Shown: piece by piece, positions 25,095 through 37,424 of the stretch
Layout: each line of letters begins with the position of its first letter
Numbering within the stretch: the stretch's first letter is position 1
Assembly (NCBI RefSeq): GCF_001194135.2
Contig: NC_068982.1
Location: forward strand, 38,566,821-38,630,820
Direction: 5' to 3'
Length of the DNA: 64,000 bases
Source: Octopus bimaculoides
Lineage: Eukaryota
Notes under the pieces: model-generated
What the model was told of the DNA's origin: nothing
Seen by the model: the letters and a program-made list of their open reading frames with translations, nothing else
Databases searched by the model: none
Program-made: the position numbers and the translations under genes

Positions 25095-25590
25095 TACATA
25101 AAAAACACCATTCGAGCGTGGCTGATGCCAGTACCGCGTGACTGGCACCCATGCTGGTGGCACGTAAAATGCACCATTCAAGCATGGCTGATGCCAGTGG
25201 CATGTGAAAAGCACCATTCAGCAAGGCTGATGCTAGTACCACTTGACTGGCACCCATGCTGGTGGCACATAAAAGGCACCATTTTGAGTGTGACTGATGC
25301 CAGTGCCACCTGACTGGTTCCTGTGCCGGTGGCACATAAAAAGCATCATTCAAGCGTAGCCGATGCCAGTTCTGCCTCACTGGGTCCCATGCCTGTGGCA
25401 CATAAAAGTACCCACTACACTCTCGGAGTGTTTGGCATTAGGAAGGGCATCCAGCTGTAGAAACCTTGCCAAATCAGATTGGAGCCTGGTGCAGCCTCTT
25501 GACTTGCCAGTTCTCTATCAAACTGTCCAACTCTTACCAACATAGAGAGCAGATGTTAAATGACAACGATGATGATGATGATGATGATTA
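25095..25590 (+). mobile_element. RTE-tail retroposon with tandem units of about 45-65 bp (GGCACGTAAAA..GCACCATTC..GCGTGGCTGATGCCAGT)
   Basis: Five to six degenerate units at 25100-25410, then the standard tail and (GAT)n running into (TA)n and an N gap (25616-25767). Confidence 0.85.
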
Positions 25591-25941
25591 TATATATATA
25601 TATATATATATATATNNNNNNNNNNNNNNNNNNNNNNNNNNNNNNNNNNNNNNNNNNNNNNNNNNNNNNNNNNNNNNNNNNNNNNNNNNNNNNNNNNNNN
25701 NNNNNNNNNNNNNNNNNNNNNNNNNNNNNNNNNNNNNNNNNNNNNNNNNNNNNNNNNNNNNNNNNNNTATATATACATACATACATACACAAACATAAAT
25801 GTATACACACATATGTGTATTTATATACATACATGTATGCATGCATGTATTTGTGCAATGTATATATGTATGTGTTTGTGTGTATGTTCGATATATACAC
25901 ATCTATATATTATGTAAATAGATTTATATTTATATATATAT

Positions 25942-25973
<32 letters not shown>

Positions 25974-26844
25974 ATATATATATGTATATATAGGTATATA
26001 GGGTTAGCATGAGTTATTAGGTCAATATTTTTATAATCATTTGATCTCACTTATTAACTACAAGCCATTTTCCCATCAAGCATCATTGCAAAACATTTCT
26101 TATCTTAGCTTGCATAATCCATAATCATCACATGTCCAAAACATCTCATACACCAACCAATAGTTTTGAGAATAGCCGCTTTCAACTGTGCTAAATCTCT
26201 TTTGAAATTCACATTACATATTGAGTAGATTATATTTAATTTATTCCTCTAAGGTAGTTCACCTTTTGTTTGATTACCATTTGATTGCTAAGTAACAGCA
26301 TATATTTCTGAAACTTTATCGTATGCAATGTAGAAAGTACACTGTTAGCAAATGTAACAGTTTCTAAAAATGTCTATCACCAACTAGAAATTTTTAATAG
26401 TACTCTTAGCATTGATTAAATATTTTTATTAATAGAACTTGTCTGTTATTTGCAGTGGTCCATGATATGTAGTGGTTATATCACTTCTAATGTGAATTTC
26501 ATCAGTGCAGTTAGAGAACTTGAATTTGTCATCATTTTACTGTTAGTGCTATTACATTTTTTAAGTATTATTACTACACTTTTCACTCCTACTTTATACC
26601 ATGCACTCTCATACTTAAAAGATATAAAATGCATACATACATTCATGTGTGATTATGTGATTTTGAGTACCTAAACTGAGATCCTTTCCTGTCCCCATTG
26701 CATGTTTAAAATATATGGTCACTCTGTGTGTATACTATGCCTGCTTTACCATGCAACCCTCTAAATTTTTGTCTGCTGTTTTTGCTCTCAATCACCAGCT
26801 GATTTCTTAAATATGAAGTAATTGATATAAATACATTTAATGTT

Positions 26845-27161
26845 GTGGAGGCACATGACCTAGTGGTTAGAGCATCGGACTCGCAGTCGAGGGATTGCAG
26901 GTTCGAATCTCAGACCAGGCGATGTGTGTGTTGATGAGCAAAACACCTAAATTCTACATGGCTCCAGCAGAAGGTAATGGTGAACTTCTGCTGGCTCTTT
27001 CACCACAACTTACTCTCACTCTTTCCTTCTGCATCTAGCAGCTCACCTGCGATGGACTGGCGTCCCATCCAGGTGGGGAACCTATACGCCAATGAAACCA
27101 GAAACCGGCCCTTATGAGCCAGGCATGGCTTGAGAAGGAACAAACAACAACAACAACAACA
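26845..27161 (+). mobile_element. tRNA-derived SINE with V-domain-like 3' body and 12-bp TSD
   Basis: Head GTGGAGGCACATGACCTAGTGGTTAGAGC...GGTTCGAATCTC; CACCTGCGATGGACTGGCGTCCCATCCAGGTGGGG resembles the V-SINE core; (AAC)n tail. TSD ACATTTAATGTT at 26833-26844 and 27162-27173. Confidence 0.9.
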
Positions 27162-28569
27162 ACATTTAATGTTCTATAACCCATTATGTATGATTGTGCT
27201 ACTTCACCACCAGATTACTTTACTCCATGTAATGTGCTAAGAGCAAGTCAGCCTGATAAAATTAATATCTTTCCTGACCATAGCTAAAAATTACAGGCAC
27301 AAGGTTTAAAAGAAAGAAATGCATTTTCTTGTCTAAAATCAAACTTCTGTTGAAAACTTGGTTCATTGAGAACTTATTATAGCCCTTCTAGTAATTGCAT
27401 ATGACAACTACTGTAACCACATTTTTTTTATATCAGCACTTCTCTTGCCGGCTAACATTGAAATATGCTCAAAAATAGCCTTCTACTTTTCCTTTCTTGA
27501 TTCACTGCTATAGTAAAATATATTTTGCCAATTACATAACATATCATATGAGGTCAAAATCAATAAGAGCATCAATTTCCTCTACTTCTTTAAATTAAAG
27601 ATACAGTAGTATTACTGGCATCTATGTAGCCTTAATAAGATCAATCACCTGTTATTTTAAGAATATCAATGAAATAAGGCTCACTCTTTAATTTTTAGCT
27701 TTTGTCCTGTGTATTTTGTGCATTTTACATTCAAAGCACTTGATATGTTGAGACAATCTATTGTATTTATTTTCTGGAGAAAAGAAAATGAATGGTAGTC
27801 AGAAAGCATTATACATTATTTATTTCTCTGTCTTTAATGATACAAAAAATTGATTTTACATGTAAGGTGTTAATAAAATATAGTAAATCAATTGACTAAC
27901 ATTTAAACTAATCTAGGTAAATCACTTTATTAGTGTGACAGCAACTTAATGACATTTTCATTTTCAAAGCATGATATATTCCCTCGTGTGTAAGTACACA
28001 TTTATTTGTACTCCTGACTATAATCCAACACTGAGAAAGCTTGATGAAAACAGATGCTCACTAACAACTAACACAGGTAGCTAGAGAGTCATGATCAATT
28101 CTTCTTATTAACATAAATGGTTCTTTCATGTAAATCCTCAGCATAATTAATCTTGCAAATTTTTAGTCACGTTTTAATTTATCACATGAAAATTTCTTAT
28201 AGTACTTAAGAAAATCCAGACCTGGGAGAAGCTAGATGTATCTATAGTGACCGTAACCTCAAAGACTGAGATGTACAAATTGTTGTCAAGATTAAAGTAC
28301 TTAGATACTTATTTCCTGAGTTGCATAAATCTTCATGAATAATTCATATTTTCTCTCTGATAAAATACTACTGCTCTCTGCTCTCCTTCCTCCCTATCTC
28401 TTTCTAAACACATCTACAAATATATGTACATGAGAGCATATTTGTGTCACCATGCACTTACGTCTTTAATCAGTAATTTTTTTGAAATAATTTTTAACAT
28501 CTATTGTCCCAAATTGCAGTTAGATCAACAATATAATATATTTCCAATAACATTAATTCTGAGATGTCA

Positions 28570-28660
28570 TATCTGTTAAGCTTAACAATTTCAAATTTTA
28601 CCTCACTTGTTTCTGTGATATCATGTTAAGCTTAACATTTACAGATTTTACCTCACTATT
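28570..28660. repeat. 50-bp-period duplication carrying a perfect palindrome
   Basis: TGTTAAGCTTAACA at 28574-28587 and 28624-28637, each followed by ..ATTTTACCTCACT. Confidence 0.85.
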
Positions 28661-30736
28661 TCTTCTTGGAAGCAATCAATCAAGAAAACAAGGAAACTAT
28701 GTTTCCATTGATTATCAGATTGTTGAAACTGTCTGTCAGTTGCAACTCCTAACAGAAGAGTCACCATTTTTTTTTTTTTTTTAATTTTCAATTACAGATC
28801 AGTATTTAAACTCAGAATACTTAGAAATGGAACACATACTGCAAGTTATCTTGTTTGATACTGTCACAATTTTGCCAATCAATCACTATTGACTGATGGA
28901 TTGATACTCCTTTTATAGATCACAAAAGTATGAAAAGCAATGTTGACCTTGGTGAGATTTGAACTGACATTGTGGAGAGTTAAAGCAAATACCATGAGGC
29001 ATTCTGTCTAAAACATTAATAACTACTAATCTACAACCTATGTCTTCTTTAATCTGTTTTGCCATAATTATCTATCATTGTTAAATCTTTGTACTTTTCC
29101 ATATCTGTGCAGTTGCCTCTCTTACACACATTGGTTTGTCATGTTGTTATATGCCCATCTGTGCCAGTGCTCTACTCAACACTCCAACACACTAATCGAC
29201 ATATACCCATTAGTCCAAAATATTAGATATATACACACATGTATATATGTGTGTGTGTGTGTGTATGTGTCTCCTTGTGTTGATATCACATGATTGTTGT
29301 AAATAAGTGTCTCTGTCATACAGGCTGCATCTTCATTCTCAATACTCTGTAAAGAATGTCTCTCCACAGGGAAATGTTACCCTATTTGGAAACAGGTGAA
29401 GGTTGGTGACAGGAAGGGAATCCAGTTGTAGAAAAATCTGTTTCAATAAACTTTGTCATAGAAATATGGAAAACTGGATGATAAAAATGAAGATGATGGT
29501 GAACTATGATGCAAAAATTATAAGTTCTGTACAGTTCTCACTTTTTGCAGCCTTAAACAAGATATTCCTATTTGCATGGTATCTAATTCTTATAACACTT
29601 CATGATATTTGTTTTCTGCTTCAGAATAGTAAATTGAATGTTTTCATTGAACCAAATAAATGTTTTACTGCTGTTGGTCAATTAAACATTCACGTGCTGT
29701 TGTGAATTTATTGAATATTTATTCTCTACAACTTTCAGTCAAGAAAAGTCTATCCAGTTGGACTGAACTTCCACCTGTTATCTCTAGTTAAGGGTTAATG
29801 AGGAGGTCTTTGCAAAACTATAGTTATTTATTTTTTTCATTTCTGGGTATAAAATAAATGCACACTTTCCTTCTGCTTTATAATATATGTATAACTATCT
29901 GTCTGTATTGATCTTGTAGTTCTATTTCCTTGTATCTGTTTAAGATAGAACCTGCCAGTGTGTCTCTCATGTTATGGGTTCCTGTAAGTTAGTGGTTCAA
30001 CAAAAGAGACCGATAGAATAAGTACCAGGCTAAAAAAAAAATAAGTACTGGGTTTGATTAGTTTGACTAAAATTATTTAAAGTGGTGATCCAACATTGCT
30101 GCTGTCTAATGATTGAAACAAAAGACAAAAAAGATACATATATAGCCTTTTGCTAATCTTTTCACACATCTATTTCAGTACTATAAGAGCTGTTACCAGT
30201 ACTGGTATTTAGAAAGTTGTGAAGAACACGAACTTGTTGAAATAAAATAAATTAGTCAGTGCTAGGGGTTGGAATAATAGCAAAAAACTTTAGTTGGAGG
30301 AAAAAGTTTGGAAAATTGTTAATTTTATTGATAGTCTGATGTCCTCTTTTCACACTGGTTTCAGAGACATGTGTTGTAATGTGAGGGGTATAACCGAAAT
30401 ACCTTTTGAAAAGAAATGCAGAATAGGAATAAATTAAATGTAACCAATTCAATATGTTTCTTCCAATGTCTGCCAAAGAACTCTTTTTTTTATTTGTGTG
30501 TGTCTCTCTCTGTTCTTATTCAATCATCACAAAGTTGAGTACAGTTTTACAACAGATCTACATTTATAACTTAACCACTCTAATTGGGCTTGCTAATGGC
30601 TTAATATTTGAAATGATTTGTTTTAGTTATGCAAATATTTAACTGAACCAGGAGACAGATATATACTATTCAATTTCTTGTAGCTGATTATTTAAGAACT
30701 GATATAATTGTTAGTCTGGCTCTTCTTTTTCAATAG

Positions 30737-30757
30737 TTGTCAGTTAAAATGAACCTA
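30737..30757 (+). CDS. Candidate 21-nt microexon (LSVKMNL), phase 0-0
   Basis: Strong acceptor CTCTTCTTTTTCAATAG and donor CTA|GTGAGT. Confidence 0.35.
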
Positions 30758-31409
30758 GTGAGTATTTGTTTAGTACTGATATATGATAGACAAGGCCTTT
30801 CATTCTTCCTAAACATAAAAATTTTGCACCAGTCTTTCCTGACGTTCATGAGACAAATAACAAATCTATTTAAATCAAATCACTTCAGCTCTCTCCCATT
30901 AACTGATTGGAAATACATGACTCATAAAATTAAGACACTTCTTAATTCAGAGATCATAGAAGAATCTTGTTCACCTTGGTGATTTCAAGGCATTGTGAGG
31001 CATGTATAGTTATTGATTATTCAACTACTATGAGTATGTTCTTGATATTTATCCATCACCTGATATTAAAACTATCCTTAAACCAGACTATTGAAGATGT
31101 TTTCTTCACAATAATCAATCATATTGGCATTTCACCAAATACTATTTTGTTTAATAACATAAGGTCTTTTAAGTGTGACTGACATTGTTTCCATACTTCA
31201 AAGAATCTAGATAGTATTATATAACAACATACACTTGCAAAAATATTTGATAATATGGTTGTGTGTATGTATGTATGCATGCATATATGTATGTGTGCAT
31301 GTGTGTGTATCTTTGTGTGTGTGTGTGTGAATATATGTGTTTAAGTGTATGCATGTATGCATGCATGCAGGCATGCATACATATATGTATGTTATTATTT
31401 AGTTTTATT

Positions 31410-31760
31410 TCCTAGATTTTTTGCCAATGGTGAAGAAGCTGGTTTTTAACCTAGATCTAAGGCCCCTTCATTAGAATTTCAACAATATCAGCAGGGTAGT
31501 TGTGCATGAATGTTTTTATATGTGCAAGTATTTGGCTTCAGTGCATGAGCAGATCTTGATGTTTTGCTTCACGTATGTGTGCTCATAGTTGCATGTCTAG
31601 ACATATGCATATTTACTTATACGCTAAACTTTTAGCAAGTTTTATATACTTGGACAGTTCTATTGAATGCTTATATTTTTGTATCTTCTAACTAGCTTTC
31701 TCATAATCTTCTAATTAGACAGTTTACCAGTGCTTTATCATATTATGACTAGTTATGGTC
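31410..31760 (-). mobile_element. Possible highly decayed Penelope-type GIY-YIG remnant plus a short repeat shared with about 32225-32295 and 50085-50160
   Basis: Minus fragments KYKHSIELSKYI and ICSCTEAKYL resemble the STELSKYIW and CNLCxxEAKxI motifs of PLE endonucleases; frameshifted. Confidence 0.35.
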
Positions 31761-31769
31761 TCTACTTCA

Positions 31770-32110
31770 CTGTAGGTTCTCATACCTTTGGTCAGGATTT
31801 TCCTTCTGATGGATTTTATCATAGAGTGTTTTGGCCACATCATGTCTCATTGGTAGTTAATACCATGATAACATTTTTGGACAACAGTTTATGCTGTGAG
31901 TGATATTTTTGTTGTTTACTCCACAAAGTCCGCATCAGTTTTCACATTTTGGTGTTTTTCCTGTGTCTCTGTCCCTATTGTGCATCAGGAATATGAAAAA
32001 TATTTCCTGTTCCTGGATTATAAATGCATGCCCATCAGAGTGAAAGTTAGTCATCTGGTTTATTGTCCAAGATAGACTGCATTGATTTATCAATATTGCT
32101 GTCATCCTAG
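31770..32110 (-). mobile_element. R2/R4(Dong)-type non-LTR retrotransposon fragment (CCHC finger plus RHD motif preceding the restriction-like endonuclease)
   Basis: Minus single frame SWTINQMTNFHSDGHAFIIQEQEI...KCEN*CGLCGVNNKNITHSINCCPKMLSWY*LPMRHDVAKTLY, with two in-frame stops. Confidence 0.75.
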
Positions 32111-32827
32111 AGCTTTCTGCTAACATATCTACACTTGCATGCAAGCATGTATATTTTTGTAAATGTTCATTTGTTGAGTCATTCATTCTTTCTTTCTCTT
32201 CTATTTTTAACTATTTGAAATATTTCTATAAGGAGGGTGCTGGTTTCTAGCAAATATACAAGGCTCCATCATTAGAATGTTGACAACAAAAACAATTACT
32301 CATTTTGAGCTTGAGAAAAGTTTTGCATATTTTTACTGTTCTGCTCACAGACTGTATTTGTAACATGCATGTTAATTGGTTGATTCCTTTTTGCTGAAAA
32401 CCCCAGCTAATCCAGATTGTCACTCATGCAATTACTTATAAAACTAATGTATGTATGTATGTATGTATGTATGTATGTACGTATGTACATACATACATAC
32501 ATACTTCCTCAGTGTAAGATTTATAATAATTTTAAAAAATAGAGTGAACGAACAAATATACGTACATACGTATGTTTGTTTGTTCGTTCATTAATTATTA
32601 TAAACTTTCCACCGAGGAGTGATCATCAAGAAGAGAGATCAAGAAGAGAGATCATCAAGAAGAGAGTGCTTCTTAAGGAGCTCACTGCCAACTCGTACAA
32701 TGTTGCTCACTTCACTTTTGAGCTCTGCATATTTTATTTATTTTTGCTGCTGTTGTTTAGCAGGTGCTGCCTGAGTGATACCATTTGTTTGTTTGTTTGT
32801 ATGTATGTATGTATGTATGTATGTATG

Positions 32828-33165
32828 TGAAGGCACATGGCTCAGTAGTTAGGGCATCGAGCTTACGATCATGAGGTTGTGAGTTCGAATCCTGGACTGG
32901 GCTGTGTGTTGTGTTCTTGAGCAAGACACTTTATTTCATGTTGCTCCAGTTCACTCAGCTGTAGAAATGAGTTGCGACGTCACAGGTGCCAAGCTGTATC
33001 AGCCTTTGCCTTTCCCTTGGATAACACAGGTGGCATGGAGAGGGGAGGCTGGTATGCATGGGTGACTGCTGGTCTCCCATAAACAACCTTACCCGGATTT
33101 GTGCCTTGGAGTGTAACTTTCTAGGTGAAATCCCATGGTCAGTCATGACCGAAGGGAGTCTCAGC
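32828..33165 (+). mobile_element. Family B SINE inserted in a (TATG)n microsatellite
   Basis: GTGAAGGCACATGGCTCAGTAGTTAGGGC...GAGTTCGAATCC; colinear with 9652-9998. Confidence 0.9.
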
Positions 33166-33634
33166 ATGTATGTATGTATGTATGTATGTATGCATACATG
33201 TATGCATGCATGCATGCAGCGCACGCACACATGAACATGTATGTGTGTGTGTATGTATGTACATATGCATGTATGTGTATCTGTGTATGTATGTGGATAG
33301 ATGGTGGGTGTGTGCACATGCATGTATCTATGCATGTTTGTCTGTCAATCTGTTCATATGTATATTAGTGTTGAAACAGAAAAATCTGGTACAAATTCTC
33401 AACAACTTACAAACGAAGCAGAGAATTTTATGAAATCATATTAAATAATGGTAGTGTTCTTTACAATAGAACTTCAAAACTTTAACGTCTTTTTTGTAAC
33501 TAAACCTTAACTTCATTAACTCTAAGTTTCCTTCCCTATAATGTGGTAGACTTCTCTTAGTTTACCACCTAGTCTTAGAGTGCCTTTAGCAATGTCAACT
33601 AAATACCAAATTGATGTACTGTTTTTTGCTGCAG

Positions 33635-33730
33635 AACTCCATGAGTTGTGATTTCTTCCTCTCCTTCTCCCTAACAAGTGTTGAAAGCCTTGTGAAAAGT
33701 CATAGGAGCTACTCTTCCTCTATCACTAAA
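33635..33730 (+). CDS. Candidate exon (NSMSCDFFLSFSLTSVESLVKSHRSYSSSITK), phase 0-0
   Basis: Acceptor CTGTTTTTTGCTGCAG; donor AAA|GTATAG is weak; one open frame. Confidence 0.25.
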
Positions 33731-34809
33731 GTATAGAAAAAGAAAATACTAAATTTATCTGTAGTCATTCAAATTTAAATCAAACACTAATTGTTATTGA
33801 AAATGAATTACTTCCCTTGTCAACTGTAGCTGTAACACTTCCTAATATTTCAATAGATGTCTTTGTGTTGTAAAATATCTGTTTAAAATTCAGGTTTACT
33901 TTTTCTTGAAAGAAGTGTTTCCTGCCTAGCTACTGGGTCATAACTGTCTGATATGTCAATGAGTAGTCGTTGTTTTATTGTGAAATAACCAGTAGAAAAA
34001 GGTAAAAAAAATATTCAAGTTGATATACTGTGCAGAATTTTAACATTTTTAAACATGCAAAGATGCAACAAAATAAAATCCTGCTCATTCAATATGATTT
34101 TGATTTTGTACCATTTTCCTGTCAAACAGGAAATTGATGATATCATAAGTATTTGAAATACATTTTTTAAACTGGTTTCAGTCATTGGAATCTAGCCATG
34201 CTGGAGCACCACCTTTAAGGGTTTTGATCAATTATATCAACTCCTATATTTCTAATAGTCTGGTACTTATTTTATAGTTTTTTATTTATCTAAAGATTAA
34301 ACTGTTATTCATTTGGGGTTGGTTTTTTTGCATATTAGGCTGCATTGCTGGTTTGCACAATTAACATAAATGCAGATCTTTATGCTCAGATGCATACATG
34401 CATGCATGCATGCACACACACACATCAGGCTTCTGGCACAGTTTCCATCTACCAAATTCCACTCGTAAATTAGGTATTATTCAAAATAAAGTTATGATAG
34501 AAATTGGTTGCTGATGGTCCGACTCAGTGGGATTGAACCTAGAACAATGCGGTTGTGAAGCAAATTTCTTAACTGTATGGCCACACCCACACTCCTCTCA
34601 AATGAAAACTTTATTTCCATAAACCATAAATTTTGACAGGAATTAAAGTAACCATCAAACACATCAAATGATCTGAAACTAAAATAATTGAATCAAAACA
34701 GTTACTACGCACATATTGAAATTCACTCCCTCAATTACTGTAATTAACTAATTACAACAGATTTCAATTCTTAAATGTTCCTCATTACTTCTTTCTTAAT
34801 TTCATCCAG

Positions 34810-34849
34810 CTTTCCAGCAACATCTCTTACAGAGAGCCACTTTATGAAT
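34810..34849 (+). CDS. Candidate 40-nt exon (LSSNISYREPLYE), phase 0-1
   Basis: Long polypyrimidine acceptor CTTCTTTCTTAATTTCATCCAG and donor AAT|GTATGT. The phase fits the 41103 exon. Confidence 0.4.
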
Positions 34850-36398
34850 GTATGTAATTACGATGTAAATAGAACAACCAAAAGAATTATACACTTGAGA
34901 AGCTACAACATTATTAACATTATTGTTATCATGACCATCAATGTCAATGACATTATCATTAATTTTACATAGAATATCATGTATCATCTGCAAATATATC
35001 CTTTAAATATGTTATTACTTCATTTTATAAATGCTGGTGTTATGTAGTAGGATGGGTTATGTTGTGAGTTATATATTTCAGTTGCTAGCGTTTGTAATGT
35101 AAATCACCTAATTCATTGTGTTTCAAGTGTTTGATTTACATGCTACATATACTGAAGTTATCTATTAATGAGTGCCTTTATTATAAATATTTATCATCCT
35201 TGTGTCTGTTTTATGTGTATGAATAATGCATCACATGACGTATGAAAACCCTAACAATGACCATATCTTTTGTTCTCATGGCTATTTTTTTTTTTTTTAT
35301 AATTTCATCAAGTTTATAAATTTATTTCTTTATATTTTAAGTTAAAAAGTGAGTCTCCTCCTCATATAGCTACAGACTATCTGAAATAAAACCCAAATAT
35401 GCTTTTGCATATAGATAGCATAATTCCTTTAATATATGGCATTCTTAACCACATTTAAAAGAAACTTATCACTAAAATAAATCAACTCTTCTGCACTAAA
35501 AATTGTCAGTTCTCACATATTGTATTATATTTGCTCTTCACTTCTCTTACAATTACTGAATCTGGCCTTAAGAACTGGCTTCTTGCTACTTATACCATTT
35601 CTTGGCATCAAATATCTTGAGTATTACCACCTTAGGGAATTCCCTTCCGATCTATGTGTTCCTGCAATATTCTAACTTCAAACTCTTTGTTCTCTTTAGA
35701 TATAAGAGTATCAAAAGGATTAGAAAATTAGTTTTCAGAGAAGTTAATATGTAGATTTTCCAAGAAACTGCTACACTGGCAAAAACTCAAAATTGTTCCC
35801 TAGTAATTTTGCACGTTCTTTTGGCTAATGTCCACAAAATGTAAATGTTATTCGAAAGTAATTTCTGCCTTTGACATTTTGTCTGCAAAATGATAACATA
35901 TTTCATACAATACAGCTATAACAAATCTAAATAAAGAGTTTATTTTAATATAACAATTGTTTCTTCATTGTTGGTGTCACCACAAATGTTTCTATAACAT
36001 TAAGCCCTGCACTAAGTTTATGCTTAGTCAGTCCATTTAGAAATAATTCTACATTTATATACTATAATATCTTATTCACAAAGAAATACACATCCAAAAA
36101 GTGTGGTCATTCATAAAAGCATTTCATAGAATAGTTTTATGGTTTGCCAACATATTTGTAATAACTTTCCTAGTCTAAAAGTATGCCTGCCAAATTCTTT
36201 TGAGTAAAGTTTTTAATGAACACTTTTTTCTTTGTTTTCTTTATTTTTTCTGTTTTTCTGTATTAATTTTCATAATAGCCGCAGGCATGGTTGTGTTGTT
36301 AAGAACCATTTGATTACAGGTTCAGTGCTATCTTGTGGCACCTTGGGCAAGTGTCTTGTATAACCCTGGACCAACCAAAGCCTATATATGTATCTATA

Positions 36399-36443
<45 letters not shown>

Positions 36444-36447
36444 ATGC

Positions 36448-36480
<33 letters not shown>

Positions 36481-37025
36481 TTTATATGTGCATGTTTGTT
36501 TGTGTCTTTTTGTGTTTGTTGTAAACAAGCATCACCATGAAAACATGTCCAGCAATGAGAAAATATTATCTTCTTTGGAAGAAGGTAATGGCTGAGCTCA
36601 GGATGGGCATGTGACTGTAGAAAATCTACCACAACAAATTTCATTTGATTCATGCAAGCCTGGTAAAGTGCACAGTAAAACAACAATGATGACGATGACA
36701 ACGATGAGATATTTTATAATTTTTTCAAAGATTTTACTTGCTGAGATTGAGAAAATTTTATCAATATTCTTTTCAGTTTATTTGCTGCACAACAATGTTT
36801 CTTATACACTCTGTATAATGTACACTCTCATGTGGAATGCACCTCACTCAACACTAGATCAAGTTTTACGAAATGTCATTTCCTTTACAAAGAACTTCCT
36901 GTCTCTAACTCAGTATCTAATGTTCTCTTTTATTACTGTCACATTCTTCAAGGACATGATTTCATATCTACTCAATTTTTCTAAAATGATTTTTTTATCT
37001 GAAGGAGAACAAGGTGTAACCATAC

Positions 37026-37146
37026 CCATTCCAGGTCCTACCAGGTTGATGTGCTTCAAGTAGTTGACATTTAGCTTGAACTTCTATAAATTTATGTCTA
37101 TATTGAAAACGTACTGGGACAGCTGGATTTTCTGAGCTTTGTAATT
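37026..37146 (-). CDS. Candidate minus-strand exon (xLQSSENPAVPVRFQYRHKFIEVQAKCQLLEAHQPGRTWN)
   Basis: Acceptor ATACTTTCTTCCCAG; donors G|GTAGGA (exon end 37042) or GG|GTATGG (end 37026); protein-like composition. Conflicts in strand with neighbouring candidates. Confidence 0.3.
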
Positions 37147-37424
37147 CTGGGAAGAAAGTATTCAGTATAGGATTTGTTAGATGAGACAGTAGATGCATCA
37201 AGTAGGTTTCAGCAGGAGTGAAAATTAGTTTCTAGCTTAGGGAAGCATGAAATGTTCAGTAAGTTTTAGAAGAGAGAGAGAGATAGAATTCAGAGCATCT
37301 TGTGAGATTAACGAATGAGCTTTTTCTTTTTACATAATCTAACATGTTTCTATGTGCAGCAGCTGTAGTTGACGATAGAATTGTGAAAGTGTAGGACAAA
37401 TTGTTTTATAATATTTGTTCTGGT

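Noticed and set aside
26100-26190. Exon-like open frames near 26.1 kb
   Set aside because: The minus strand reads WCMRCFGHVMIMD, a remnant of the RTE LRWFGHVMRMD motif, so it is LINE debris.
8601-33165. tRNA-like A/B boxes at 8890-8929, 14030-14082, 26845-26900 and 32828-32895
   Set aside because: These are SINE heads with attached bodies, tails and TSDs; no complete cloverleaf.
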